A stretch of DNA of 64,000 nucleotides, taken from contig OZ244744.1 in NCBI GenBank assembly GCA_965219455.1, positions 1,024,001-1,088,000 of the forward strand, in the 5' to 3' direction. Made by a program: the position numbers and the translations under genes. Positions 10,121 through 20,681 of the stretch are shown here, in pieces (the stretch's first letter is position 1; each line of letters begins with the position of its first letter). Below the pieces are notes generated by a model. That model was not told where the DNA came from and did no database searches. It worked only from the letters and a program-made list of their open reading frames with translations. The stretch is from Candidatus Latescibacterota bacterium (GTDB taxonomy: Bacteria > Latescibacterota > UBA2968 > GCA-2709665).

Positions 10121-10451
10121 ATACCTTCCAGCCCGTTTCCTTGATCGTATCGGGAAACGGATGCGTGTCCAGGTCGATGACGTCCACAACCCTGCCCGTG
10201 GCATCTTCCAACGCCTTCATCACGCCGAGGACCGCCCCGGAGCAGCCACCCACAGCCACGTCGACGTCGGAAGCTTGGTTCCACCTGTGCTCCACCAGAA
10301 GCGATCCCGAGACATAGGCCTCGCGGATGTCGTATTGGTTCCGGATGCGTTCCAGGGTTGCAGCAACGGCACGCAGACATGCCTTTCTCTCGCTGTTTCG
10401 CTTCTCTCTCCGTTTCTTGAGAGCCCGATCGAATACACCTGTATCAAACAT
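10113..10451 (-). CDS. Minimal nucleotidyltransferase (MNT) antitoxin
   Basis: GS-x10-SDVDVAV and VDVIDLD; ~112 aa; coupled to the HEPN gene. Confidence 0.85.
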   Translation of the reverse strand: MFDTGVFDRALKKRREKRNSERKACLRAVAATLERIRNQYDIREAYVSGSLLVEHRWNQASDVDVAVGGCSGAVLGVMKALEDATGRVVDVIDLDTHPFPDTIKETGWKVYG

Positions 10452-10570
10452 CTTCACGAATCCCAAAATACGCGGTTTCCCGTGAACGAACATCGACGTC
10501 TCGGCGCCGCTTTGGCGGTACGTGTCGAATGCACCGGTCGATTTTCCGATATACGCCTGTCCACACATGC

Positions 10571-11626
10571 TCAGGCAGCCGAGAACACCGACTGCATCAT
10601 CGCCTTGATATAGCCGAACTGGAAGGCGAACGCCTGTTCGAAGCTTCCCGGGGCGCTGTGGCCCGGTGCGTGGTCCGGCACGACCATGTGCGGATAGCCC
10701 ACGTCTCTAAGCGCCTGCATCAGCGTGAACATGTTCATGTCGCCTTCGTCGGGCCAGACCTCCTGGAATTTGTTGCGTCCGCCGAAGATATTCCGATAGT
10801 GGATCAGATGAATCTTCTTTCGTTCTCCGAAATAGCGAATAATATCCGGCACATCCCGGGCAGGATCCTCCACGCTCTCCGCCATGCAGCCCAGGCAGAG
10901 ATTCAGGCCGTGATAGGGACTGGGGCAGATATCGATAAACCGCTTGAATCCCTCAGCCCCGCCCAGGACGCGGTCCACGTCCTTGTATCCTGGCGGCAGC
11001 CAGGGATCGCAGGGATGACACGCCATGCGCACCTTGCACGCCTCGGCAACCGGAATCACGCGCTCCAGGAAGAACGTCACCCGCTCCCAGTTCTCCTCGG
11101 CCGTCACGGGTCTATCGAAGCGCGGCGTACCGGCATCGGCCTTTGAGAGATCCCAGGTGGAATACCGCGCGCCTCCACGCCCGAGCGGCACGCTTTCCGT
11201 GCGCTGGTTTTCCATCTCACACAGGAAATATTTGATTGCCGGAATGCCGGCATCGGCCGTCGCCTGCACCATTCTGCAGACGCGGTCGATCTCCTTCTCT
11301 CCCTTCTTCCAGTTTCCCAGCATATAGTTGGGCGTCGATCCGCCGTCGTCGTTGAACTGGTGGAGGGGCAGCGCCACCATTTCCAGGTCGACGCCGAAAC
11401 GCCGGCACTTCTCGCGTTTCTCCGCAAGTTCCTCGGCATCCCAACCCCGCTCGCGATCGAACGTGATATCGTTTGCGGCCATACTGTTCACGCCGAGGCG
11501 CGCGAGAAACGCCAGATGTTCGTCCGTTGTGTCGAACCGCTGCGTGCCCACGTGCATACGAGGATTGTCCTCGTTCCAGAGACTGTGAGGATCCGCCCGA
11601 TCGACTTCAGCTGATTCCGCTGCCAT
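10571..11626 (-). CDS. uxuA: Mannonate dehydratase family protein
   Basis: FLERVIPVAE, MACHPCDP, HYRN, DEGD, PDHAP, FQFGYIKA. Confidence 0.85.
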   Translation of the reverse strand: MAAESAEVDRADPHSLWNEDNPRMHVGTQRFDTTDEHLAFLARLGVNSMAANDITFDRERGWDAEELAEKREKCRRFGVDLEMVALPLHQFNDDGGSTPNYMLGNWKKGEKEIDRVCRMVQATADAGIPAIKYFLCEMENQRTESVPLGRGGARYSTWDLSKADAGTPRFDRPVTAEENWERVTFFLERVIPVAEACKVRMACHPCDPWLPPGYKDVDRVLGGAEGFKRFIDICPSPYHGLNLCLGCMAESVEDPARDVPDIIRYFGERKKIHLIHYRNIFGGRNKFQEVWPDEGDMNMFTLMQALRDVGYPHMVVPDHAPGHSAPGSFEQAFAFQFGYIKAMMQSVFSAA

Positions 11627-11858
11627 CAGAAAATCGCCTCCCTCCGGCCTGTCGCGCTTCGCGAACATGCCTCTTGAATCCGCGGCACCTGTCGTTATCC
11701 CGACGCCGCGAAAATCAGTATGGATATGAACTTCATGTTCGATTCGTGTCAGTCCCGGCGACCCTGAAATCCCGGTGACTGCCGCTATCGAATCCGTTCA
11801 AAGAGCGGGCGCCAATCCTCTCGAAATTTACGAGATGCCAGCATGCAGACGGGTAAGA

Positions 11859-12650
11859 TCACGCGCCTTCCAGCACCTGCCGCATTTCCTTTCCCCGCGT
11901 TCGGAACCAGTCCATCAGAATGCTTACATCCGTACCGATACAGAAGTGTTTTACGCCCATATCCAGATAACGTTTCGCCTGGTCCGGACTGCTGATTTCC
12001 GCGCGCGGCGCCACGCCCATCTTCAACGACGTCTCGATGACGAACTTCTCGGCTTCTCTGACGCTTTCGTGTCCATATTCGCCGGGATGCCCGATACTCA
12101 TGGAATAATCGCCGGGTCCGAACTGCACCATATCCACACCTCCCACCGACAGAAGCGCCTCCAGATTCTCCACCGCCGGCGCTTTTTCTATCATCACGGC
12201 GATCACGACATCATCCATGGCATCCACAAACTCGGGCAGCCCCCCGGCCATCCCGAACTTCATGGTCCGGCGCATGCTGGCCCCATGCTGCCCGCCCGCC
12301 GTGGGCGTTTCGGCGCGCACCGCCTTCACGCACTCGCGCGCGTCCGAAACCGAACGCACGTCGGCGAACAGTACATTCTGAATGCCGGCGCCGATTGCCC
12401 GCGAAGCAAGGTGCGCTCTCGGTTCCTGTTCGACCTTGATCATCGATGACATATCGTACAATTCGATCGCCCTGGCAAGGTTCTCGAACGTATGCAGGTC
12501 GTACGGCGCGTATTCCGAAACATATTCCACGTAGTCGTACATTCCGGATATTCCGACCAGTTCCATCACGGTCGGCCAAGGGCTGTGAACGTGGGTTCCC
12601 AGACTGGGCCGATCGGCATTCAGCAACTCTCTCAGTCTATTTCTGCGCAT
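11859..12650 (-). CDS. HpcH/HpaI aldolase family protein
   Basis: VMIE...AVENLEALLSVGGVDMVQFGPGDYSMSIG. Confidence 0.88.
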   Translation of the reverse strand: MRRNRLRELLNADRPSLGTHVHSPWPTVMELVGISGMYDYVEYVSEYAPYDLHTFENLARAIELYDMSSMIKVEQEPRAHLASRAIGAGIQNVLFADVRSVSDARECVKAVRAETPTAGGQHGASMRRTMKFGMAGGLPEFVDAMDDVVIAVMIEKAPAVENLEALLSVGGVDMVQFGPGDYSMSIGHPGEYGHESVREAEKFVIETSLKMGVAPRAEISSPDQAKRYLDMGVKHFCIGTDVSILMDWFRTRGKEMRQVLEGA

Positions 12651-12793
12651 GCCGTCTCCTCCGGGTGTATTTGCGACGCGCTGATGCCAAACGATCTTGT
12701 ACATCTGCCATAGGTGTGAACGGCCGACCCCGGTACAGGCCGGCGGGTTCCTTCTCAATGACCGAACCCAATGTCAATTTCGTGAATCCGCCA

Positions 12794-13540
12794 CTATCCG
12801 AACGGCTTCAGGGCCCGGATCTGCCGTACGTGTTCGGCGACCTCATCCGCGGAAGCATCCAGCATACGCTCCCCGTCCTCCGAGCTTGCGACCGTGGGGT
12901 CGCCCACGCCGCCGTGGCGGGTGCGTTGATCGAAACGGTAATACGAGGCCACCCCCGGCACCCGCATACCGTCCCGCTCGCCGTCCGCATCCAGCCGGTC
13001 CGTGCGCACCAGTTCGGGACGGATCGCCAGGATCATCGACGTCTCCGATTCGCCGGCATGGCCGGACCCGCCGGAACCGAGTTGGCGTATCTTGTTCAGG
13101 GAATCGCCGGATGCCCACGCCCAGCGCGAGTAAAATTCCACGTCGCCGTCGGGGTACCGTTCCATCAGCCGCTGCAGCAGCACGGAGATATTCGCGCCGT
13201 TCCCGCCATGGCTGTTCTGAATCAGAATCTTCCGAAACCCGTGCCCCACCATCGACGCCACGATGTCCATCATCAGGAGCAGATGCGTCTGGGATACCGC
13301 GCTCACGGTGCCGGGATAACGGATGTGATGCTGGGAGTACCCCAGCCACTGCACCGGCAGCACCAGCACGTCGTCCGGGCAGCGCTCGTGCACCCGCCTG
13401 GCCACCTCGCCCCCGATCAGACTGTCGGTAAACACGGGCAGATGCAGGCTGTGCTGTTCACAGGATGCCACCGGCATCAATACCACAATATCCCGTGGCA
13501 GGGCGTCGACTTCGGGGGACGTCATTTCAGCGAGAATCAT
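12794..13540 (-). CDS. Creatininase family amidohydrolase
   Basis: EQHSLHLPVFTD, NSHGGN, HAGESETS, GGVGDP. Confidence 0.92.
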   Translation of the reverse strand: MILAEMTSPEVDALPRDIVVLMPVASCEQHSLHLPVFTDSLIGGEVARRVHERCPDDVLVLPVQWLGYSQHHIRYPGTVSAVSQTHLLLMMDIVASMVGHGFRKILIQNSHGGNGANISVLLQRLMERYPDGDVEFYSRWAWASGDSLNKIRQLGSGGSGHAGESETSMILAIRPELVRTDRLDADGERDGMRVPGVASYYRFDQRTRHGGVGDPTVASSEDGERMLDASADEVAEHVRQIRALKPFG

Positions 13541-13635
13541 GTCTTCCACCTTTCACCAGTCAAAGCCGGCTACAACCACGCAACAGCGCCGAAAACGCCC
13601 GTTCTCTTCCGGGTGTCCGAACGGATAATTAACGC

Positions 13636-14652
13636 CTAACGCCCAAATCCATCAAGCACATTCTGCACACACGCGCCAACGGTGTCCAGGGCGTATCCGC
13701 CCTCCTGAACCAGCAGCGACGGAAGACCCGTGCGGGCCAGTCGTCGTCCGATTGTCCCGAACGTAGAAACCGGCAGGTCGAACTTGCCCAGCGGGTCTCC
13801 CCGGCAGATGTCCACGCCCAGCGACACCACGAGAAAGGCGGGGGCGAACCGATCCACTTCGTGCAGCGCCCGGTCCAGCGTCTGCAGGTACAGCGTGTCG
13901 CCCGTGCCGATGGGAAGCGGCAGATTCACGTTCAGCCCTCGCCCGGCGCCCGCACCCGCCTCATCCGGAAACCCGCTGAACCAGGGATACTCGCAGTCCG
14001 GGTCTGCATGGATGGAAACGAACAGAACCGCATCCGACGCGTAGAAGATCGACTGCGTGCCATTCCCGTGGTGATAGTCCACGTCCAGCACGGCCACCCG
14101 TCCACCCGCGCTGAGATATTCTGCCGCGACCGCCGCATGATTCAGATAGCAATAGCCGCCGTACAGGTCTCCCGCCGCGTGATGGCCCGGCGGACGGCTG
14201 AGCGCGTAGGCCGAGGTCTCTCCTTCCAGGAGCATCGCGGCGCCGGTCAGCGCGCAGAACGTGGCCTCGCGCGCCGCCGCAAAGGTGTGTTCCAGAATCG
14301 GCGTCTGTGTCTCGAAGCCATAGTACCCCGCCTGATGCACGGGGTCGCGCGGCCTTCGGGACGAAGCGCGCGCGGCGAAGGTATCCGGGATCAGTCCGGC
14401 TTCGCCGCCTCCCCCGCGATCCACCCACGCCGCATGGGCTCGTCCCAGGAAGCGCAGATATCCCGCGTCGTGTACGGCGCGGATCGCATCCATCGAAAAC
14501 CCTCGCGGCGGCATCACCTCGTACGTCCCCTCGATGGCGCGCAAAATCGCCTCCGCCCGTGCCGGGACCTCCGGATACGGCTTCAGCCCGCCTCCGATAA
14601 ACTGAAAGGGCGGCGCGTGGCGGCCGTGGTTCGCGGAATAGATGACCTTCAT
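13636..14652 (-). CDS. Histone deacetylase family (acetylpolyamine amidohydrolase-like)
   Basis: RPPGHHA, GYCYLN, DVDYHHGNGTQ, QEGGY. Confidence 0.92.
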   Translation of the reverse strand: MKVIYSANHGRHAPPFQFIGGGLKPYPEVPARAEAILRAIEGTYEVMPPRGFSMDAIRAVHDAGYLRFLGRAHAAWVDRGGGGEAGLIPDTFAARASSRRPRDPVHQAGYYGFETQTPILEHTFAAAREATFCALTGAAMLLEGETSAYALSRPPGHHAAGDLYGGYCYLNHAAVAAEYLSAGGRVAVLDVDYHHGNGTQSIFYASDAVLFVSIHADPDCEYPWFSGFPDEAGAGAGRGLNVNLPLPIGTGDTLYLQTLDRALHEVDRFAPAFLVVSLGVDICRGDPLGKFDLPVSTFGTIGRRLARTGLPSLLVQEGGYALDTVGACVQNVLDGFGR

Positions 14653-14783
14653 TTCATCCCCAATCGTGCTGAGGGCGTGTCTGCCTGCCCGACGTGGAAT
14701 CCGGTCCGGAATCCGTGGATATGCCTGGAACGCCACCCGTCCTCCTGGATACCCTATCGCGGCATACTCCACGGCTTCCGTGT

Positions 14784-16349
14784 CTATAACCTCTCCAACC
14801 GTCCCTCGTCCAACATAAAGATCTCATCCGCCAGGTGAGAAACCAGACGCCGGTCGTGGCTGACAACGACGAAGCCGCCGGGAAACGTCTCAAGCAGCCG
14901 TTCCAGCACCTCCACGGACTCGACGTCCAGGTGCGTCGTGGGTTCGTCCAGCACCAGAAACTCCATCTGTTTCAGTATCATCTTTACAATGGCGCCGCGC
15001 ATCCGCTCACCGTAACTCAACGTATCAACCGGCCGGACCACCTTATCGGCGCGCAGTTTGGCCGCGCCCAGGAACTGCCGCACCTCGCTTTCCTCGAAAT
15101 CGACGTCTGCAAAATTGTGCAGGAAGATCTCCTGGTCGTAAAACCCGTCCAGGCCCTGCGTCACATATCCGGTCCTTACATTGGAATTGAAGTAGGCTGT
15201 GCCCGAGTCCGGCGGCATTTTCGCGGTCATCACATTCAGGAGCGTTGTCTTCCCGGCCCCGTTCGGCCCCATGATTGCGATCCGGTCTCGGGTCTCCACA
15301 ACCAGGTCCAGCGCCTCCAGGACCGGGCTGCCGCCCAACTGCTTGTCCACCGACTCCATCCTCCCCACCAGCCGCCGGTCCACCTCGTAGGGCGGAAAGT
15401 TCAATCGGATTCTTTTTTCGATCCAGGGCTTCTCCTCTTCCAGAGCGGCCGTGTGCCGCTCCAGCCGTCGTTCCATCACCTTCGCGCCTTTCATCACCTT
15501 TGCGGCCAGACGACGGCTTGACGAATCCCTTGTCTCGTTCTCTCTGCTCACCCCCCACGCCATGCGTCGCCGCATGGCCTCCTGCAGCCTGGATATCTTC
15601 TTTCTCAACGTCCTGGCCCTGTCCATCCGGCCCTGAAACTCCCGCTCCTTATGCTCCAGCGCCATTGAATAGCCGCCCTGAACCGAGAACATCCGTCCCC
15701 GCTCCAGGTAAACCGTTCTATCCGCGACATTGTCGATCAATTCCCGGTCGTGGCTCACGATCAACACGGCCCTACCCCGTCGTTTGACAAGACGGATGCC
15801 CTCCTCGAACGCCGTAATGCCCCTTATATCCAGGTAGTTCAACGGTTCGTCGAACAGCATCAGATCCGCGTCCAGGGCCAACACACCGGCCAGGTCCACC
15901 TTCCGCTGCTGCCCGCGAGACATGGTCCTGTACGGCGCCTCCAACTCCACACCGAAATTTCCGGCATAGACCCGGACCCGGTCCTCGCGTTCGAACCCGC
16001 CCGACTCGTAGTAGTCCTGATAAAACTCGTGCCGTCCCGCCTGAATGCCCCTGTAAAGCCGCACCAACTCGGCGTCGAATGACAACGCCCGCTCAAGCGC
16101 CGAACCTTCGAACCCCACCGGGCTCTCCTGGGGCACACAGGCGGGCCTGGCGGACCTGTCCAGCGCCACGGTTCCCCCGTAATCCGTGATCTCGCCCATG
16201 AGGCAATTCAACAGCGTGGTCTTTCCGCATCCGTTGGCGCCCACGACCGCAACCGCCTCACCCCCCTGCAAGCTGAATGTTATTCGGTCCAGCACTGAAA
16301 CAGCCCCGTAGGTAACGCGCAATTCATGCACCTGCAGCACGGCCCTCAC
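14784..16349 (-). CDS. ABC-F family ATPase (two ABC domains, no membrane segments), resembling ribosomal protection proteins
   Basis: GANGCGKT / FDEPLNYLD / SHDR, then GPNGAGKT / LSYGE / LDEPTTHLD / SHDR, with a helical inter-domain linker. Confidence 0.88.
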   Translation of the reverse strand: MRAVLQVHELRVTYGAVSVLDRITFSLQGGEAVAVVGANGCGKTTLLNCLMGEITDYGGTVALDRSARPACVPQESPVGFEGSALERALSFDAELVRLYRGIQAGRHEFYQDYYESGGFEREDRVRVYAGNFGVELEAPYRTMSRGQQRKVDLAGVLALDADLMLFDEPLNYLDIRGITAFEEGIRLVKRRGRAVLIVSHDRELIDNVADRTVYLERGRMFSVQGGYSMALEHKEREFQGRMDRARTLRKKISRLQEAMRRRMAWGVSRENETRDSSSRRLAAKVMKGAKVMERRLERHTAALEEEKPWIEKRIRLNFPPYEVDRRLVGRMESVDKQLGGSPVLEALDLVVETRDRIAIMGPNGAGKTTLLNVMTAKMPPDSGTAYFNSNVRTGYVTQGLDGFYDQEIFLHNFADVDFEESEVRQFLGAAKLRADKVVRPVDTLSYGERMRGAIVKMILKQMEFLVLDEPTTHLDVESVEVLERLLETFPGGFVVVSHDRRLVSHLADEIFMLDEGRLERL

Positions 16350-16478
16350 CCCCTTCCGTTCACCGTTTCATTCGTCCGGCGAGCGCTCAATGGTCGACGT
16401 CCCGCCCCTTCCGAAGTCTCCAGTCCCCGCAAGGTCGCTTATATGCACCGCGCTTGAGAAGACACATCCACCGTACCT

Positions 16479-16814
16479 TCACCGGGATGGAGGCATCGGT
16501 TGCGCATCTTCACGTGTCGGACCGACCCGGACAACGTCTACGCGATCGGAATCCGGATCCGCATTGCCGACCTCCTCGATCTGCGACTGCGCGGTCGGAT
16601 CGCTCTCGGGCACGTACCGGATCAGATCCTCGATCCCGCAGTCCAGCGCCCTGCAGAGACCGTCCAGCGTTTCGAACCGGATCCCCTTCACCCTGTGCGG
16701 CCGGTTGTACAACGCGTCCACCGTCTGGCGCGACAGGCCGGCACGACGGGCAAGACGGGAGATGCTACGTATGCGCCGCCGCCACATCATATCCTCGATA
16801 TTGATCTGTATCAC
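16479..16814 (-). CDS. XRE/Cro-like HTH transcriptional regulator (YozG-like)
   Basis: SISRLARRAGLSRQTV...GIRFETLDGLCRALDCGIEDLI; GTG start after AGGAGG. Confidence 0.85.
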   Translation of the reverse strand: MIQINIEDMMWRRRIRSISRLARRAGLSRQTVDALYNRPHRVKGIRFETLDGLCRALDCGIEDLIRYVPESDPTAQSQIEEVGNADPDSDRVDVVRVGPTREDAQPMPPSR

Positions 16815-17041
16815 ACCGGACACCTCCTTCCCTGAAATTGCCATTCCATTTAAATCCTGGCAACCCGATTGCGCCATTCCCTCACCGGGTAACTTGATGA
16901 CCTGAACTGTCTACCACCAATAAAAGCCAAAACCTTGAAACAAAGTGTATATATTTCTTGTCATATATTATGAAAACCATGATAAAATATATATAAATTA
17001 TGTCTTAATGACAAGATTTACATACAAAATGCAAAATACCC

Positions 17042-17258
17042 TTTTTTCTTCGTCCTTTTTCTTGTACGCCCAAGAAAAAGGACCAAAAAGAACGGCGCCG
17101 TTCGGCACGGGGCCGGTTTTTCCGCGAATCTCCTTAGTGGAAACAACTGGAAATTGTGTGCCCTGCAAACTCGTAAGCCGTTCCAGTACCACAGTGCTGA
17201 ACGGATCAGCGCGGAAAAACCCCCCACCCCGCCACCGGTCGCGTGGAGGGTGGAACCC
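17042..17258 (+). repeat. ~210-bp structured dispersed repeat, copy 2
   Basis: Same hairpin as copy 1; stem reads GGTTTTTCCGCG...CGCGGAAAAACC. Confidence 0.88.
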
Positions 17259-17272
17259 TTGAATGGGCGCAC

Positions 17273-17409
17273 GTAGGGGCGGTTCGCGAACCGCCTGCCT
17301 CGCCTGCGTCAGCAGGCAGGCCCCTACAAGAACCAGACATCCGTGATATTTTTGTCACTGTGACGCGCGGCTGCGTTGTATTTGTAGGGGCAACCCTTGT
17401 GGTTGCCCG
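17273..17409. repeat. GTAG-type REP palindromes; the first carries a 27-nt insertion
   Basis: GTAGGGGCGGTTCGCGAACCG[27 nt]CCCCTAC and GTAGGGGCAACCCTTGTGGTTGCCC. Relatives at 50085-50110 and 51492-51519. Confidence 0.8.
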
Positions 17410-17678
17410 CGTTGTGGCGTTGATATCGCCAGGCCGTATCGCTATCCGGTTTGGGCTGAGAGCTGACCGCTGTTCTTGCTGACGATTTCGACGGTCCCTT
17501 TCACAGTTGCGCCCGTTCGTGATCCCCATGTATATTCCCGATGATTACTGTGGCGAGGGTAACACAAGCGGACGAACGATTGCGGTAGACGCGCACGGGG
17601 TGCCTTTCATCCTGTCCATCCTGCAAATCCATGTTGCATTATTCACCATCGCGCAAGCGCCCGACAACGGAGACATAT

Positions 17679-18749
17679 ATGACCGACGTTTCGTTCGACG
17701 ACCTGCTGGATATCCGAAAGGGCGGAGACGGCCTCACGATGGGCGGCGGCGCGTCGCACATCGCCAGAATCGAAACCCAGGAGGAGTGGGAAACAAAAGC
17801 GGCGGCGCTGCGGGCTATTTTCCGCGAGACCCTCGGCCGAGGCCCCTCGGAAGTCTGCCCGGCGGACGAGGAGGTTATTTCCGAAACCTTCCACGGAGAC
17901 CACGTCAAGCGGAGCATAGCCTACAACGTGGGACCGGATGAACGCATTGTCGCGGACGTGCTCATCCCCGGGGGGCTCGATGCCGCGGCCCCGGCCGTAC
18001 TCTGCATCCACCCCACCACGCCGCTGGGGAGAGAACAGGTCATCGGTAACGATCCCTCCGAAAAGGGCCGCGACCGCGCCTACGCCCTTCACCTGGTCCG
18101 GCGCGGCTTCATTACCCTGGCGTACGACCTGATAAGCGCCAACGAACGTAAATACGAGGGGCTACGCGACTTCGACACCGCGCCCTTCTACGAAAAATAT
18201 CCCGAATGGTCCATCCGCGGCAAGGACCTGTGGGATCTGAGCCGGGCTGTCGATCTGCTCGAAACCATACCCGAGGCGGACGCCAAACGCATCGGATCCA
18301 TCGGCCATTCGCAGGGGGGCGGGATCACGATCCACGCGATGGCGCTCGAACCGCGCATCTCGGCCGGCGTCTCGAGTTGCGGCGACTGGCCCTCCCGGTT
18401 CTCCAGGAATCCGTTCAACCATGCGCGGACCGGCTGGTGGGTAGGCCGCCCCTTCCTGAGGCCGTACTGTCAGACCGGCAAACCCTTTCCGATCGAACTC
18501 CACGAATACCTCGCCCTGGCCGCGCCCCGCGCCATCTTGCCCATCACGGCGCTCAACGACTTTCAGTATGGCCTGGAGGAAACCCAAATCACACGGCCGG
18601 TTCTCGAGCGCATGGCCGAATCGGTCTCCGAGGTCTTTTCGCTCTATGGCGTTAAAGGCAACTTTCGCCAGGTCCTGCACGAAGAAGGCCACGGCTTCGA
18701 CGATGCGCAACGGGAAACCGCGTATCAATTTATGGAAGACAAGCTGTAG
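17679..18749 (+). CDS. Alpha/beta hydrolase (dienelactone hydrolase/acetylxylan esterase-like)
   Basis: Nucleophile elbow GHSQGG, PAVLCIH, C-terminal GHGF; GGAG ribosome-binding site. Confidence 0.88.
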   Translation: MTDVSFDDLLDIRKGGDGLTMGGGASHIARIETQEEWETKAAALRAIFRETLGRGPSEVCPADEEVISETFHGDHVKRSIAYNVGPDERIVADVLIPGGLDAAAPAVLCIHPTTPLGREQVIGNDPSEKGRDRAYALHLVRRGFITLAYDLISANERKYEGLRDFDTAPFYEKYPEWSIRGKDLWDLSRAVDLLETIPEADAKRIGSIGHSQGGGITIHAMALEPRISAGVSSCGDWPSRFSRNPFNHARTGWWVGRPFLRPYCQTGKPFPIELHEYLALAAPRAILPITALNDFQYGLEETQITRPVLERMAESVSEVFSLYGVKGNFRQVLHEEGHGFDDAQRETAYQFMEDKL

Positions 18750-18881
18750 GCTATCAGCAAAGGCGGTAGAGGGAAGACGGAAGACAAGGCGAGAAAGGCC
18801 GAATGAGGTGAGACGTGAGAGGTGAGAAACAGCAAAAACCGGTTGGGCGACGGTGTCTTCTTGCGTCTAACGTCTCACCGA

Positions 18882-18911
18882 AAAAGGGCTCCGGATACAC
18901 CGGAGCCCTTT
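18882..18911. terminator. Probable bidirectional intrinsic terminator
   Basis: AAAAGGGCTCCGG-ATACA-CCGGAGCCCTTT between convergent genes. Confidence 0.7.
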
Positions 18912-18939
18912 GCGCTTATGAATCGACTGGCGCGCGCCC

Positions 18940-19465
18940 TCAGTCGTCCTCTAACTTGAAGTGTATCGGGATCACGAGCCAGACCTTAACGGGCCGATCG
19001 CTTTGACGGGCCGGCTCAAACAGAAACTTGCGCACCGCGTCTTCGGCCGATTTCCGGAAGATTTCCTCGCCCTTCAACATCCGGACACTCTCCGCTTTTC
19101 CGTCTTTGCCAAGAAGCACTTTCAACATGACGGATCCCTCCAGGCCCGCCTGATCAGCCTCGGCTTCTGCTCCACTTTCCACACGTCCAGGATTTCCTCC
19201 TCTTCGAAGGGAGCTAGTTCGCCTCCTGCAGGCGGGGGCGGAGGCGGCAGGTTCACGGGTACGTCTTCCAGTTCAAGATCGGTCGTCTCGATCGTCACGT
19301 CGTCCGGGACGTCATCGCTTTCGGTCTCGATGGGCAAAGCCGGGCGCGGCGGGGGCGGACGTGTGATCTGCTGGGTCTCGGGAAGGTCCTCAATCTGAAT
19401 CACGATCTGTTCCGGTTTGGATGTCGTAGCCTGAATATCCAGGGTTGGAAACAGAACGGCGATTA
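18940..19465 (-). pseudogene. tonB: Energy transducer TonB, degenerate paralog (5' truncated, internal frameshifting deletion)
   Basis: ORFs 19122-19475 and 18940-19182 are near-identical to parts of 23409-24065. LPVYPQFALR is missing and the frame shifts. Confidence 0.88.
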
Positions 19466-19534
19466 CGGCAGGCAACCCCCGCCTTTGCTCCGCCTCTCCC
19501 GTGGGACCTACCCCCTACTACTGACCCCCCTCCT

Positions 19535-20681
19535 TAATCAAAGCATAAAATACTTGACAATTCGGGTTGATATGCTTATATCGTCTGTATGGCACAAAGA
19601 GATGCGAGATCGCTGTCGGCACAATCGCAAGAGGACCTGCGACATCGTGTGATTCAAGCCGTGACCGAAAAAGGGGTCACTCAGGTGCAGGCCGCCCGGT
19701 TGTTTGGTGTGTCGCGCCAGGCGATATACACGTGGCTGACGCGGTATAGAGCAAAGGGAGACAAAGGGCTGGCATCCAGGCGTCGAGGCCGTCCGTCGCA
19801 ACCCAGGCTGAAAGCGGCGCAGGCGCGTGTGGTGCAGCGCTTCATACGGGACCGGTGTCCGGATCAGCTCAAGTTGCCGTTCGTGTTGTGGACCAGAGAA
19901 GCGGTCCAGCAATTGATCGCCGATCGGATGGGTGTGCAGGTCTCGGTCTGGACGGTGGGGCGGTATTTGAAACGTTGGGGCTTCACCCCGCAAAAGCCGC
20001 TGAAGCGTGCGTATGAGCGCGACCCGGACGCGGTGGCGCGGTGGCTGGAGACAGAATATCCGCAGATCCGTGAGGAAGCCAGGAAGGAGGATGCCACGCT
20101 GTGGTGGGCAGACGAAATGGGCATGCGCATGGACGATCAGGGCGGGCGCAGCTACAGTATGAAAGGGCACACCCCCGTGATTCCGGGCAGTCTGCCTCGC
20201 CTTGCTCAGCAGGCAGGCGGTCAACGCGCTCGCTGCTCGATGATGTCGGCCATCACCAACCGAGGCCAGCTTTGCTTCCACGTGTTCAGAGGCCAGCTCA
20301 ACTCGAACGTGTTCATTGACTTCTTGCGCCGTCTCAAGCGGCAATCTGAACGAAAGCTCTTCGTGATCGTGGACCGACATCCTGTCCACCGCTCCGAAAA
20401 AACGCAAAAGTGGATCGACAAACACGCGGCCAAGGTCCGCCTCATCTTCCTGCCCGCCTACAGCCCGGACCTCAATCCCGATGAGATGCTCAACCAGGAT
20501 GTGAAATCCAACGCCGTTCGCACAAAGCGCCCTCCAACGCTTCAACAGATGATGGACAACGTCCGCGCTTACCTGCGCGGCAGACAACGAAAAAGGGCCA
20601 GCGTAAAACGCACCTTTCATGCCCCTTCCGTACGCTACGCCGCGCTCTAATTGTGTCAACTATTTAACGCTCCCTGTAATA
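19535..20681 (+). mobile_element. IS630-family insertion sequence
   Basis: Imperfect terminal inverted repeats (AGCATAAAATACTTGACA / TGTCAACTATTTAACGCT) with TA at the flanks. Exact ends are approximate. Confidence 0.85.
19589..20650 (+). CDS. IS630 DDE transposase
   Basis: N-terminal HTH, WTREAV, WADE, IVDRHPVH, LPAYSPDLNPDE. Confidence 0.95.
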   Translation: MAQRDARSLSAQSQEDLRHRVIQAVTEKGVTQVQAARLFGVSRQAIYTWLTRYRAKGDKGLASRRRGRPSQPRLKAAQARVVQRFIRDRCPDQLKLPFVLWTREAVQQLIADRMGVQVSVWTVGRYLKRWGFTPQKPLKRAYERDPDAVARWLETEYPQIREEARKEDATLWWADEMGMRMDDQGGRSYSMKGHTPVIPGSLPRLAQQAGGQRARCSMMSAITNRGQLCFHVFRGQLNSNVFIDFLRRLKRQSERKLFVIVDRHPVHRSEKTQKWIDKHAAKVRLIFLPAYSPDLNPDEMLNQDVKSNAVRTKRPPTLQQMMDNVRAYLRGRQRKRASVKRTFHAPSVRYAAL

